Positions 51,725-63,179 of a stretch of 64,000 nucleotides of DNA are shown in pieces. Position numbers and translations under genes: made by a program. The notes beneath the pieces are model-generated. The model was not told the DNA's origin, ran no database searches, and saw only the letters and a program-made list of their open reading frames with translations. This DNA is from Eledone cirrhosa (taxonomy: Eukaryota), in NCBI GenBank assembly GCA_964016885.1, contig OZ024740.1, positions 337,776,001-337,840,000 of the forward strand, given 5' to 3'. The number at the start of each line of letters is the position of its first letter. The first letter of the stretch is position 1.

Positions 51725-54700
51725 TTACAGATATATACTCAGAGTAGGCCCATTCACTCGGGCCATTCTTGCTTCTCTCACCCATCTTTCAACAAAAAGC
51801 TGGGAAGAGAGCACTTCCCTCTCTACTCTGATTTTCCTTTTCAAATGAAATTTGAAAAAGTCAATCAGAGCATCACCGAAGAGGTAAGTGCTCGTCTTCA
51901 GCCCTTTCAAACGTGTCCACCATACTATCTCTTTCACCATGGCCACCAGGCAGATAAAAACTGCCTGCCCTTCCCGGCTAAAGGAGGAGGGCGGGGCAAT
52001 CCTCACGATGGACTCAGATGATAGCCGGATCCGTCCTAAACGCGACAGCAGGTGTTCGACATAAACCCACAAGTCAGCAATTTTCGGACACTGGACGAGT
52101 GCGTGCAGGACGGTTTCGTCGCCCTGCGCGCATCTCGGACATGCCCGGCTGACGGCACCTCCATGCCTGTAGAGTTTATCCCGAACTGGCAAGGCTCCTC
52201 GGTAGCACTGCCAGGCCAGAGATTTCTGGAAGTTGTCCATTGGCCCTGGCCCGAAAGTTCTTCCGAAGAGATTGGCTAGTTGATTTTCGTCGACGCCTAG
52301 AGTTTCCCCAAGTACGTCATCGCTCTTCCCCTCCACTAATCCTCTATAGAACGCCGAGGTGGAGTTTCCACCGATCACATTGCCCGATTGGTCGAGGGCT
52401 GTGAGCGCCTGAAGACATTCCAGTCTCCAGGCGCTCCCTCTCGGTCTTCGCTTGACCCAGGACTGCAGCTCCGTCAAGGAAACGAGCTGGGGAAACACGC
52501 GCCTAGCAAACGGCGACCACACCTGATCACCGTCGAGGAAGAGGTGGAGATGTCGTAGCCTGAGCGCGTGCCTGCGCATCATCAGCCACGGCATGCCCAG
52601 CCCTCCACGTAGCGGGTGTTGACAACAGATGGACCGCCTGACCATCGGAGCGCGTCCCTTCCACAAAAAGCGAAAGAGCAAACGCTCCAGCGCAGTCAGG
52701 CGAGGCTTAGGACAAGGTACGACGGTCAGACGGTAGCAGATGACGGACGCGATGTACGCGTTAGCCACCTCCGCTCGACCTTTCAGGGATAGCTTCCTCT
52801 CCGCCCATTTCTGGGTGAGAGAAGCCACCCTGCTCGTCACCTCGTCCCAGTTTTTGTCCGTCTGGAGGTCCGGACCGAACCAGACCCCTAGCAATTTAAC
52901 CGGTCCGTCCGTCCAGCGTCCGACGACGCTGTTGGATGGCATGGACTTGCCTCTCCAGGTGCCGAGCTGCAGGCCCACTGACTTTTCCTGGTTGATCATT
53001 GCTCCTGTCACCGCTTCGTATTCTCTTAGTGTAGTGCCGATCGCCTCGATGTGTTTGGCGCTCGACACCACTACGGTGACATCGTCCGCATATGCTGACA
53101 CTGATCTTCCGCATCCTAGTTCGCGCGGGACTCCCCTCAACGTCTCCAGTTTGTGCAGTAATGGCTCGAGAGTCAATACGTACAAGAGGGACGAGAGGGG
53201 ACATCCTTGGCGGACCGAGCGCATGATGTTGAACGGTTCCGACAGGTGACCGTTCACTCTCACCACAGAGCAGATGTCGCTGTGCATGGCAGCGATCCAG
53301 CCTCTGAAGACGGGCCCAAAGCCAGCCGCCCTCAGGACTGCCGCTAGGTAACGATGGTCGACCCTATCGAAAGCTTTCGACTGATCTAAATTGATCAAGG
53401 ACCCACCCGTGCCAGGTTCCCTAGCTACCCTCTCTACGATGTATCGCATGAGGTGGAGGTTGTCGTGGATGGATCTGTCGGGAATGGCGCATGTCTGCGC
53501 CTCTCCCACCAGACCACCAACGACAAGCGCCAACCTCTTTGCTAGCACCTTGGCCAAAATCTTAAACTCTGTGTTTAGCAGAGTTATGGGCCGGAAATTG
53601 TCTATGTTATCCCCCTTGTTCGGATCCTTTCTCAGCAGTGCCACCGCTCCTCGGCTCACAGAACTGGGAATTCTCCCGTTCTGTTGCCAGTTGCAGTAGA
53701 CGTCCGCCAAGAGGCCTCCGAACAAGTCTGGCATCTGTACGTAAAGTTCATAGGGCAGACCATCCAAACCAGGCGATTTACCCCTTGTGCAGCCAGTCAT
53801 TGCCTCCCGTACTTCAGCGGCTGTTATCGGCTTTTCGCAACACCTCGCCTCAGTGGCCGAGAGCCGCGGCAGTCCGTCGAGGTAGACACTAAAGTCCATC
53901 CCTCTACCCGGCCCCCCGCTGCCCCCGAACAGCTGAGCGAAGTGTCGCTGAAAAGCTTCACACATTTGCCCGGGATCGAGTAGCATGCGCCCGTCGTGGT
54001 CCACCAAAGACCGGATCGTGGCTTTGTTGCCACGACGCGCCTCCGCCACTCGGGCCCATTGAACGGCTTTCGTCCCCTCGTGTCTGAGAGCACGCATCCT
54101 AGCTCTGACAACGCAGCCTTCGTGCTTTGCATTGAAGAATTGGTCAAGGGCCAATTTCGCCGCAAGCACGTCGGTCGCAATGCCTTTGCTAAGCGCCTCG
54201 TCTAATTTTCTAACTAGTCTTCCCTCTGCTCTATTTTTCTCTATTGCTAAAGCCTTACTAAACCTAATCGATTCTATTCTAATCGCTCTTTTCAGAGCAA
54301 ACCACCACTTGTTGTTGACGATGGCCCCCGTCAACGCCCGCTTAACTAGTTCGCTAATCCGGTCTCTGTAGGCCTTGCGCGCTGGTAAGGACGCGTTTAG
54401 CTTCCAGTAGCCGGGTCCTCGTCTATGAAGCCTATCTAAGTCAAGCACACAGGTCACGAATTTGTGGTCCGTGTAGCTGACTATCTTGAATTGTGGACAG
54501 CCTATGCTAGACCTATCTATTTCCCTACAAAATACTCTATCTAGATATGATCTGGATGACCCTATGTGGTTTGTCCAAGTCCACATTGGCACATTCGGGA
54601 AATCCAATCGGTACCTGTCAGACAGTTCAAAACGCCTGAGCAGGTTGGTGAGGCTCTTGCACCCTCCACCCCTATCCGCTAATCCCACACAGTCCCATCG

Positions 54701-55144
54701 TGCATCTAAGATCCCGTTCCAGTCGCCCACTAACACTAAAGAGCGGGACGTTCCAAGAAAGGTCTCCAGACGCCGGAAGAAATCAGGCCGCCCTGCTCCT
54801 GTCGGGGCATAGACGGCCACTAGCCTGAAAGCTTGCCCGTCTCCGCTGGTCACGTCCAGCACCACCAGCTTACCCTCTGGGTCCAGGAAGATGGCCCGTA
54901 TGGCGAGATCCAAACCTCTCCGAAAAAGCACAGCAACTCCTCCACCCGATCCCGGACGGCTGGGAGATGCGTACACATCGTAGCCGCCGAAGATCGGTGC
55001 GAAGGCCCGTGCTTCGGAGATTCTGGTCTCGCTGATGGCCACTACATCTATGTTTAGTGACCTGAGGTCGTTGAGCAGGTGACCCTGCTTCCATGACGAC
55101 CCCAAGCCACGCGCATTTATGCTGCCTATTCTGAGTGAGGTCAT
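51725..55144 (-). CDS. ORF2: APE endonuclease + reverse transcriptase + C-terminal Cys/His motif (1139 aa, intact)
   Basis: SINARGL, SET, VYAP, GDWN, YLDR, TDH; KSPGLDG, FRPITLLN, DQSKAFD, RQGCPLS, YADD; CPRC...ETVLHALVQC. Confidence 0.96.
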   Translation of the reverse strand: MTSLRIGSINARGLGSSWKQGHLLNDLRSLNIDVVAISETRISEARAFAPIFGGYDVYASPSRPGSGGGVAVLFRRGLDLAIRAIFLDPEGKLVVLDVTSGDGQAFRLVAVYAPTGAGRPDFFRRLETFLGTSRSLVLVGDWNGILDARWDCVGLADRGGGCKSLTNLLRRFELSDRYRLDFPNVPMWTWTNHIGSSRSYLDRVFCREIDRSSIGCPQFKIVSYTDHKFVTCVLDLDRLHRRGPGYWKLNASLPARKAYRDRISELVKRALTGAIVNNKWWFALKRAIRIESIRFSKALAIEKNRAEGRLVRKLDEALSKGIATDVLAAKLALDQFFNAKHEGCVVRARMRALRHEGTKAVQWARVAEARRGNKATIRSLVDHDGRMLLDPGQMCEAFQRHFAQLFGGSGGPGRGMDFSVYLDGLPRLSATEARCCEKPITAAEVREAMTGCTRGKSPGLDGLPYELYVQMPDLFGGLLADVYCNWQQNGRIPSSVSRGAVALLRKDPNKGDNIDNFRPITLLNTEFKILAKVLAKRLALVVGGLVGEAQTCAIPDRSIHDNLHLMRYIVERVAREPGTGGSLINLDQSKAFDRVDHRYLAAVLRAAGFGPVFRGWIAAMHSDICSVVRVNGHLSEPFNIMRSVRQGCPLSSLLYVLTLEPLLHKLETLRGVPRELGCGRSVSAYADDVTVVVSSAKHIEAIGTTLREYEAVTGAMINQEKSVGLQLGTWRGKSMPSNSVVGRWTDGPVKLLGVWFGPDLQTDKNWDEVTSRVASLTQKWAERKLSLKGRAEVANAYIASVICYRLTVVPCPKPRLTALERLLFRFLWKGRAPMVRRSICCQHPLRGGLGMPWLMMRRHALRLRHLHLFLDGDQVWSPFARRVFPQLVSLTELQSWVKRRPRGSAWRLECLQALTALDQSGNVIGGNSTSAFYRGLVEGKSDDVLGETLGVDENQLANLFGRTFGPGPMDNFQKSLAWQCYRGALPVRDKLYRHGGAVSRACPRCAQGDETVLHALVQCPKIADLWVYVEHLLSRLGRIRLSSESIVRIAPPSSFSREGQAVFICLVAMVKEIVWWTRLKGLKTSTYLFGDALIDFFKFHLKRKIRVEREVLSSQLFVERWVREARMARVNGPTLSIYL

Positions 55145-55179
55145 GTTTAAAATAGAGTGGAAAAGATGGGAAAGACCAC

Positions 55180-57280
55180 TTACCGTACTTTTGGTAGAGG
55201 AGGGATGGTTTTTACATCCCTTTTCACTTGATCGTCTGGTGAAGGGACCGTTGAATCGTCCCTTCGGCTGGTCGTCGGCTCTTCTAAGAGAATGTCTGAA
55301 TATACTCTTCGATTGATGGTTCCTCCTAGGTCCCTGAAATCACCAACTGCGTTGAGGAATTTCGTTTTAATGTTTGTGTATTGTTTCTGTGCTATTTTTA
55401 GCAGTCTTATGTTAGTTGGCGTTTTGATTGGTGCTGGTATTATGTAGTCCTGTTGTGAAATGTCTGTGTGTTCAATTATGTAAGTCATTAGTTTCTTGTT
55501 GTGTGTATTTATTGCCGTGCATTTGTTTTTCTGGGGGTGGGGCGTGGTTCTGCTATTTTCTTGTCGTTGTTGCTGGGTGTGTGTGTTTTGTTGTTGTGTT
55601 TGCGATGTTGGTGCTTGTGGTGGTGGTGTTGAAGGTGTTGTTGGCGGTGGGGTTGTCGCCGGTGGTGATGGTGGTGCTAGTGTGGGTGGTGATGGTGTTG
55701 GTGGTGTTGCTGCTGTGGGTCTCTTTGCAGTAGACTTTACCCTTTTCTCATTTCTTTCCTCCCTTTTCAAAGGCGACGATGCGCTGCTTCTGCGTTTGTG
55801 CCTTCTTACGACCTTTTGCCATCCCTCTCCCACCTCACACTCCATGTCTGATTCTGTGAGGTCGGGGAGGGGTACCAGCTCCACTCTTTCACTTGTTGTT
55901 GTTGGTGATGTTTGCACTGGAGTCTCTGTTGCAGCTGCATTTGGTATTGCTGTTGTTGTTAATATTTCCACTGCTGCTGCTGTTTTTGATTTCCGTGGAG
56001 TGGGTATGGGTGCTACGGACCTATCGTTCCTGGTTTCCGCTTGTCCTGTTGCTGGTAGCCGTGGAGCCGGATTCGGAAGGAGGGGGGTTTTCTCCTTTCT
56101 CAGGGTCTTCTCGTTGCAGAAGGCCCTGAGGTGAGTCTTCGATCCACAGCGAAAGCATTTCGGGCGTTTGCCCTCAACACTTATGGGCAGTTGAGTGCCG
56201 TTATCGAAGTCTATCACATCCGGGATAGCTTCGATGCACTCCTGGTTGGTTTGGATTAGCATCTCAATGGAGGTGCCGACCCAATCTTCTCTTACTTTTT
56301 TCTGTACTTGCAGTACAGTTGTTTTGTCCTCGATTCCGACGAGGACAGACGCGGCCAGGCAAGAAGCGGCCATTCGGGGGGGGGGGGGGGGAGTGGGTCA
56401 GTTTGACCCTCACACTTTTTTGCCCGCAGTAGGAGGGCACCAACACCATTTCCTTGCTCCTTAGGGTCACTACTGATTGGGCCTTTGCCTCCTGGGGTGT
56501 GGCAAAAAGTACGTCTACGGTGGCATATTTTTTTCCTCGGGTGATGTGCGTTTTCCGCTGCCACACAGACCCCAAGGCTTTTTGTATCTGAGCCTCTGTG
56601 GCTCTTTCCACCCTACGGGATTTTGTACTTACTGTACGGTACGTGACCGTACAGTGCTGTTGGGTTTCGAAAAATTTTTCCGCTGCCTTGCAGATTGCTC
56701 GGTGTCCATTCTTTGTCACCATCTTCTTCGCTTCCTCTAATTCCTCATTTGTTATGAGGATTGTTTCCAAGTTTTTCGCAATGCCTGCAAATGAGATTGG
56801 TTTTTCTTTGCTGCTATTGTTGTTGTTGTCGTCAGAGCTGCTGGTACTTTTGTTGTTGCTGCAGGTACTACGACTACTGCCTCCGCCGCTGTTGCTGTGG
56901 TTGTTGTTGGTGTTGCTGCTGCTAATGCTGTTGTTGTTTATGCTGCTGGTGATGCTGTTGCGGCTGCTACTGTTGTTTTCATTGTCACTGTTGCTGTTGT
57001 TATTACGGCTGCTACTGCTATTATTCCTGACGTCAGACGAATGAACTGGGTTTTCGTATTTCCCGCACACCTGTTTCGTCGCTGTCGTCGTGGAGAAACC
57101 TTGCACGCTTTGCACGAGATTTTTCTTTTCTGTCGTCACTTGCGAAAGAGAAGGGAGGGAGAGAGACACATTTAAAGAAGGGAGGAAGAGAGACAATCTT
57201 CTCTCTGCTGTAGTGATGATTGAGGAAGAAGAAGACGGAATGAGTGGGAGTGACGTATGAAATTTCTTTTTCGTAGCCAT
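55180..57280 (-). CDS. ORF1 (gag-like, CCHC knuckle), split by a frameshift at the G16 run 56376-56391
   Basis: ORFs 56264-57280 and 55180-56373 meet at the homopolymer; CFRCGSKTHLRAFC; N/S-rich and P/T-rich low-complexity tracts. Confidence 0.85.
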
Positions 57281-57495
57281 GTTGTTTTTTTGTTTAAAAT
57301 GAATATTGGGTACAAAACCCCAATAACTGGTTATTTAACCCCGAAGGGCCAAATAACGAACAGAAAGACCCCTCTCACTAGGAGGAGGGTGTCTTTATCA
57401 ACAATTTGGTTCAAGTTTTAAACAATTTACAATTGTTTTAACGGTTAAAAATTACTATACCTTACAGAGCCGAGCCTCCGTCAACCATGGCATTC

Positions 57496-57527
<32 letters not shown>

Positions 57528-57531
<4 letters not shown>

Positions 57532-57710
57532 TGTTTCTACTTTAGGCACAAGGCCAGCAAATTACTCAGTGCATTACTGGTACTTTATTTTATCGACCCC
57601 GTAAGGATGAAAGGCAAAGTCAACCTCGGCGGGATTTGAACTCAGATCGTAAATGGACGTAACTATGCTGGAAAGCATGGCGTCCGACCCTCTACCGATA
57701 CTGCCAATCC
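57528..57710 (-). mobile_element. SINE family A between Tx1 copies 1 and 2
   Basis: Consensus match with (AAT)n on both sides; nearly identical to 62978-63165. Confidence 0.92.
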
Positions 57711-57716
57711 ATAATA

Positions 57717-60700
57717 ATGATTTCATTTATTGGCCACAAGGGCCAACATATAGGGGACAATACAAAAGACTGGGACAGTGGGGTTTTACAGAAAAATCGA
57801 GTAAACAATATGAATAACAATAACAAAGTAACAATAACAAAGTAACAATAACAAAGTAACAATAACAAAGTAACAATAAAGTAACAATAAAATTACAAGA
57901 AAAAATTCCCCAATAGGGGGGATGACCACCTAGGGTTCGCTCAGGTACCCCACCAGTCCTCAACGACCCGACGCTTCGAGAGCACCCTGGAACAGCACCC
58001 CTCTCCTCCTCAAATTTACCTACCTACAGCCGCATGCCAGAGTAGGCCCACTCACACGGGCCATTCTCGCCACATTCACCCACCTTTCAGCAAATGTACT
58101 GGGGGGGGGGGGGGGGGGGGGGGGTCAGCACTTCTCTCTCCACCCTCACCTTCCTTTCCAAGTGAAACTTGAAAAAGTTGATGAGGGATTGGCCGAATAG
58201 AAAAGTGTCTGTCTTCAGTCCTTTCAACCACGTCCACCATAAACCTCTTTCGCTACTGCCACCAAACAGAGGAAAATTCCCTGCCCTTCCTGGCCAAAAG
58301 AAGGCGACGGGTCGATCTTTATTATGGACTCGGCCGATAGCCGGATCCGTTCTACACGCGACAACAGCTGTTCCACATAACTCCACAAGTCAGTAATGCA
58401 TGGACACTGGACGAGTGCATGCAGAACGGTTTCGTCGCTCTGCGTGCATCTCGGGCAGGTCCGTCTGACAGCACTTCCGTGCCTGTAGAGTTTATCTCGA
58501 ACCGGCAGTGCCCCCCGGTAGCACTGCCAAACGAGAAATTTTTGGAAATTATCCATCCCCGGCTCGAAAGTCCTCTGGTACAGACTGATTAGTTCGACTT
58601 CGTTGACTCCCAGAGCCTCTCCGAGTGCGTCGTCGCACTTGCCCACCACTAATCCTCTATAGAACTCGAGAGTGGAAGTCCCACTGACCGCATTGCCCGC
58701 TTGGTAGAGGGCAGTGAGTGCCTGGCAACATTCCAGATGCCAATCACCCAGTCTCGGTCTCTTCTTGACCCAGGACTGCAACTCAGTCAAAGAAACGAGC
58801 TGCGGAAAGTCCCGTCTGACAAACGGTGACCACACCTGTTCACCGTTTAGGCAGAATATCTAGATATACCGCATCCTAAGCGCGTGCCTGCGCATCATTA
58901 GCCACGGCATGCCCAGCCCTCCACGTAGAGGGTGCTGGCAGCAGATGGACCGCTTCACCAGCGGAACCTGACCCCTCCACAAGAATTTGAAGAGGAGCTG
59001 CTCCAACATGGCGAGGTGTGAACGGGGCAAGGGACGACAGTCAGATGGTAGTAGATGACGGACGCGATGTACGCGTTCGCCACCTCCACCCTACCTTTCA
59101 GTGATAGCTTCATCCCAGCACATTTCTGGGTGAGACTGACTACCCTGCCCGTCACCTCGTCCCAATTCTTATCCACCTGGAGGTCTGGCCCGAATCAGAC
59201 CCCTAGCAACTTTACCGGTCCGTCCGTCCAGCGCCTAACGATGCTGTTGGACGGCATGGACTTGCCTCTCCAGGTGCCGAGTTGCAAGCCCACTGACTTT
59301 TCCAGGTTAAGTTTCGCTGCCGTCAACCTTTCATATTCCTCCAATAAGTTGCCGACCACCTCGATTTCTGAGGTGTCCGACACCATCACTGTGATGTCGT
59401 CCGCATAAGCCGACACAGCCTTTCCGCGTCCCGGTTCGAGCAGGATGCCCTGCAACAGCTCCAGCTTCCGCAGTAAAGGCTCGAGAGTCAATACGTACAG
59501 AAGGGAGGAGAGAGGGCACCCTTGACGGACCGATCGGGAAACCTGAAACGGTTCCGAGAGGTGGCCATTAATTTTGACCATCGAGCAGGTGCCGCTGTGC
59601 ATTGCAGCGATCCAGCTTCTGAAGACGGGGCCGAAGCCAGCCGCCTTGAGGACAGCCTCCAGGTACCAATGGTCGACCCTATCGAATGCTTTCGATTGAT
59701 CTAAATTGATCAGAGCCCCACCGAAGCCAGGTTTATACCCTACTCTCTCTATGATGTATCGCATTAGGTGGAGGTTGTCGTGTATGGACCTGGTTGGGAT
59801 TGCGCAAGTTTGCGCCTCCCCAACCAAATTCCCGACGACAAGCGCCAACCTCTTCGCTAACACCCTGGCCAAAATCTTAAACTCTGTGTTGAGCAGAGTT
59901 ATGGGCCTGAAATTGCCTAATGTGTCCCTCTTGTTCTCGTCTTTCCTTATCAGCATTACTACGCCCGGCTCACAGAACTGGGAATACTCCCGTTTTGCTG
60001 CCAGTTGCAGCAGAGAACTTCGAGGAGATTGGAAAACAAGTCTGGCATATTTACGTAAAGCTCGTAGGGCAGACCATCCAAACCGGGTGACTTGCGCCTC
60101 ATGCAGCCGACAAGGGCATCCTGAATCTCGGCTGAAGTAATTGGCCTTTCGCAGCGCCCAGCGTCAGCCGTCGAGAGTTGCGGAAAGCCATCGAGGTAGG
60201 GACTGAAATCCGTCACCATCTCTGCCCCGCCACTTCCCCCAAAATGTTGGCGAAAGGCCTCACACATCTTCTTGGAATCGCTCAGCTCATGCCCGCCTCG
60301 GTCCGTCAAAGACCGAATCGTGGTTTTATTGCCACGCGGGCCCATCAAACAGCTTTGGTTCCTTCGTTTCTCAGAGCATGCGCCTTAGCTCTAACAATGC
60401 AACCTTTGTGTTTCGCATTGAAGAAATGGTCTAATGCCATTCTCGCCGCTAGCACGTTAGTTGCAATGCCACTACAAATAGCCTCGTCTAAGTTATCTAC
60501 CAACTCCCCCTCCTTTCTATTTTTCTCTAACGTAACTTCTTTGCTAAACTCTATCGACATTACTCTAATCTCTCTTTTGAGAGCCCCCCCCCCCCCCCCC
60601 ACCATCTATTGTTGACGACTCCTCCTGTCAACTTTTTCTTAACTAAATTGTTGACCTGGTCCCTGTAAGCCTTACGTGCCAGAAATGACGTGTTTAGCTT

Positions 60701-62942
60701 CCAGTAACCAGGTCCTAATCTACGCGTCTTATCTAGGTCGACCATACAGATCACAAACTTGTGATCTGAATAGGCGACCGTTTCAAAACGTGGACAGCTT
60801 ACATTATTTCAGTCTATTTTCCTAATGAATATCCTGTCTATATACGATCTAGATGACCCTATGCGGTTAGCCCAGGTCCACACTGGCGCATTAGGGAAAT
60901 CTAGTCGGTACCTGTCAGACAGTTGGAACTGGCTGATCAGGTTCATGAGGCTTTTGTACCCCCCGCTCCTATCAGATACTCCCACACAGTCCCAGCGTGC
61001 GTCTAAGATGCCGTTCCAGACCCCCGCTAACAGTAAAGGGCGAGACGTACCCAGAAAGGCTTCCAGGCGTCTAAAGAAGTCCGGCCCTCCTGCCCCAGTA
61101 GGAGCATAGACGGCCACCAGTCTAAAGGCACCATCTTCGTTATTGTTCACGTCCAGGACCACCAACTTCCCGTCCGGGTCCCGGAAGATCGACCTTACCT
61201 TGAGATCCAGGCCTTTCCTAAACAGCACTTCCACCCCGCCTCCCATTCCCGGCCGGCTAACAGATGCAAAGATCTGATAGTCGTCGAAAATGGGGGCTAG
61301 TGCGCGCGTGTCGGAAATCCTGGTCTCGCTGACGGCAATTACATCCATTTCTATAGACCTGAGGTCGTTGAGCAGGTGACCCTGCTTCCAGGACGATCCC
61401 AGGCCTCGAACATTTAAACATCCTACTCTTAATACGGCCATGTTGGCAGGTTAAATAGAGAGAGAAGAAGGTTTACTTACCTTCCGGGCTCTTGTGAAGG
61501 TCGGGTTGTTCGACCTCTATAGTTGGTAGGGTTTCTTTTGGGAACCCCTTTAAAAGTCTTGAAGTGGGTTTTACGTTCGGGGTTCACACGTCCCGAGGAA
61601 AGCTGTCTCGTATTTCTTTGAATATATCGAGCGACATTCACACAGAACTAAATCTTCCGGCACGCGAAATGTGCTCGATTTAAAAATTTCCCCCTCTTTT
61701 TGTATATTTTCACTTCGTGTTACGAGGGCCATCAGTTCCTTGTTGGCCCTCCTGACAAGCATGAAGTTTTGTATGTTTTGTTGGTGTGATTTTATTTGTT
61801 TGCGTGGCTGTGGTGGTGATGGTTTTGGTGGTGTTGTTTCGGTTGTATCTGTGTTTGTTGTGAGTGTGGTGTCTGTGGTTTCAGATGTTTGTGTGTATAT
61901 TTGTTCTTGCGTCTGTTTAGGTTGTTTGCGTTTGGAGGATTCTGGTGATGGTGATGGAGGTGTTGATGTTGGTGTTATTGGAGAGATGTTTGCGTGGGTG
62001 GTGTCTGCGTTTTTTATTGTGGGTGATTTTGTGCTTTATTGAGTTTTTTTTTTCTTTTTGTGTTTCCTTTTTTGTATTTTGGGGATTTTGGTTTTCCCTC
62101 ATCTTCACTACTGGTAGATGAGACGTCTGTGTCTGTAAGTGTGTCTGTATGTATGTTTATGGTTTTATTGGTGTGTATTTTGGGGGGAGGGGGAATTTGA
62201 CAGCTTTCCTCGTTTCCCCCCTGGGTGGTCAATGTTGGTGGTGGTCTTTCTATTTGTGTTGTTGTTGGTGGTTTTGCCGGTACTGGTGTTGCCGGTGCTG
62301 GTGTTTGTTTGAGAGGTCCATGTTGAAGCATGGCCTCTTTTTTGCTGCTGCCGCAGCGAAAGTGTTCTTCTTGTTTTCGTTGGAAGTGTTGTGGTCGTTG
62401 TTGTTGTTCTTGTTGGTGTTGTTGTTAGCACTGTCGCTGTTATCATTGTTGTCTTTGTTGCCACCGTTGTTCTCGGTGCAGTTGGTATTGTTGCTGTTGG
62501 TGTTGTCGCTATTTGTTTTCATGTTAATGGTGTTGATATTGTTGTTGTATTTGTGATTTTTTTTTTGTTATCTGTATTTTCCTTGTCGCTGTTATTGTAT
62601 TTTTTTCAAAATTAGAGTTCTCATTGGTATCATTTGTGTCTTTGTTTACATTGTTTGTGGTGGTGTTTGTGTTAATTTCGGTGTAGCGCTCCTCTCAACT
62701 TCCACGTTGTTGTCGCACGACAGCAGACATATCGCTGGGGGGCGTGGCTCAGCCATGTTTTTTTTTCTTCGTAAATGTTTTAACATGTAAAATATTTGGG
62801 CCAAATATTATACTTTCCTCTTCACAGGGCAAAGTCTAAGGGCTTATATCCCTTACACAACAAGAAATATTTAACAACAAATAATTTTAACAGGCAAATA
62901 AAGCGACTTACTGGGAGTGAGCAAAATACGTCCGCTTAGACC
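57717..62942 (-). mobile_element. Tx1-like retrotransposon copy 2 (diverged sister family, decayed)
   Basis: ORF2 pieces from 61441 to ~58025 are homologous to copy 1. ORF1 is shortened (start ~62756). (AAT)n flanks. Confidence 0.92.
58025..61441 (-). pseudogene. Fragmented ORF2 (APE-RT) of copy 2
   Basis: LNVRGLG, GPGYWKLN, KSPGLDG, YADD and CPRC spread across frameshifted ORFs. Confidence 0.92.
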
Positions 62943-62977
<35 letters not shown>

Positions 62978-62981
<4 letters not shown>

Positions 62982-63165
62982 TGTTTCTACTTTAGGCACA
63001 AGGCTAGCAATTACCCAGTGCATTACTGGTACTTTATTTTATCGACCCGTAAGGATGAAAGGCAAAGTCAACCTCGGCGGGATTTGAACTCAGATCGTAA
63101 AGGGACGTAACTATGCTGGAAAGCATGGCGTCCGACCCTCTACCGATACTGCCAATCCACCGTCC
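62978..63165 (-). mobile_element. SINE family A between Tx1 copies 2 and 3
   Basis: Consensus match with (AAT)n on both sides. Confidence 0.92.
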
Positions 63166-63179
63166 TAATAATAATAATA

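Larger units (their letters stand above)
51462..57495 (-). mobile_element. Apparently full-length Tx1-like (L1-clade) non-LTR retrotransposon, copy 1
   Basis: 5'UTR, ORF1, ORF2 and 3'UTR, with (AAT)n on both sides. Confidence 0.93.

Noticed and set aside
51674-57175. Plus-strand ORFs overlapping the LINE
   Set aside because: Antisense shadows of GC-rich ORF1/ORF2.
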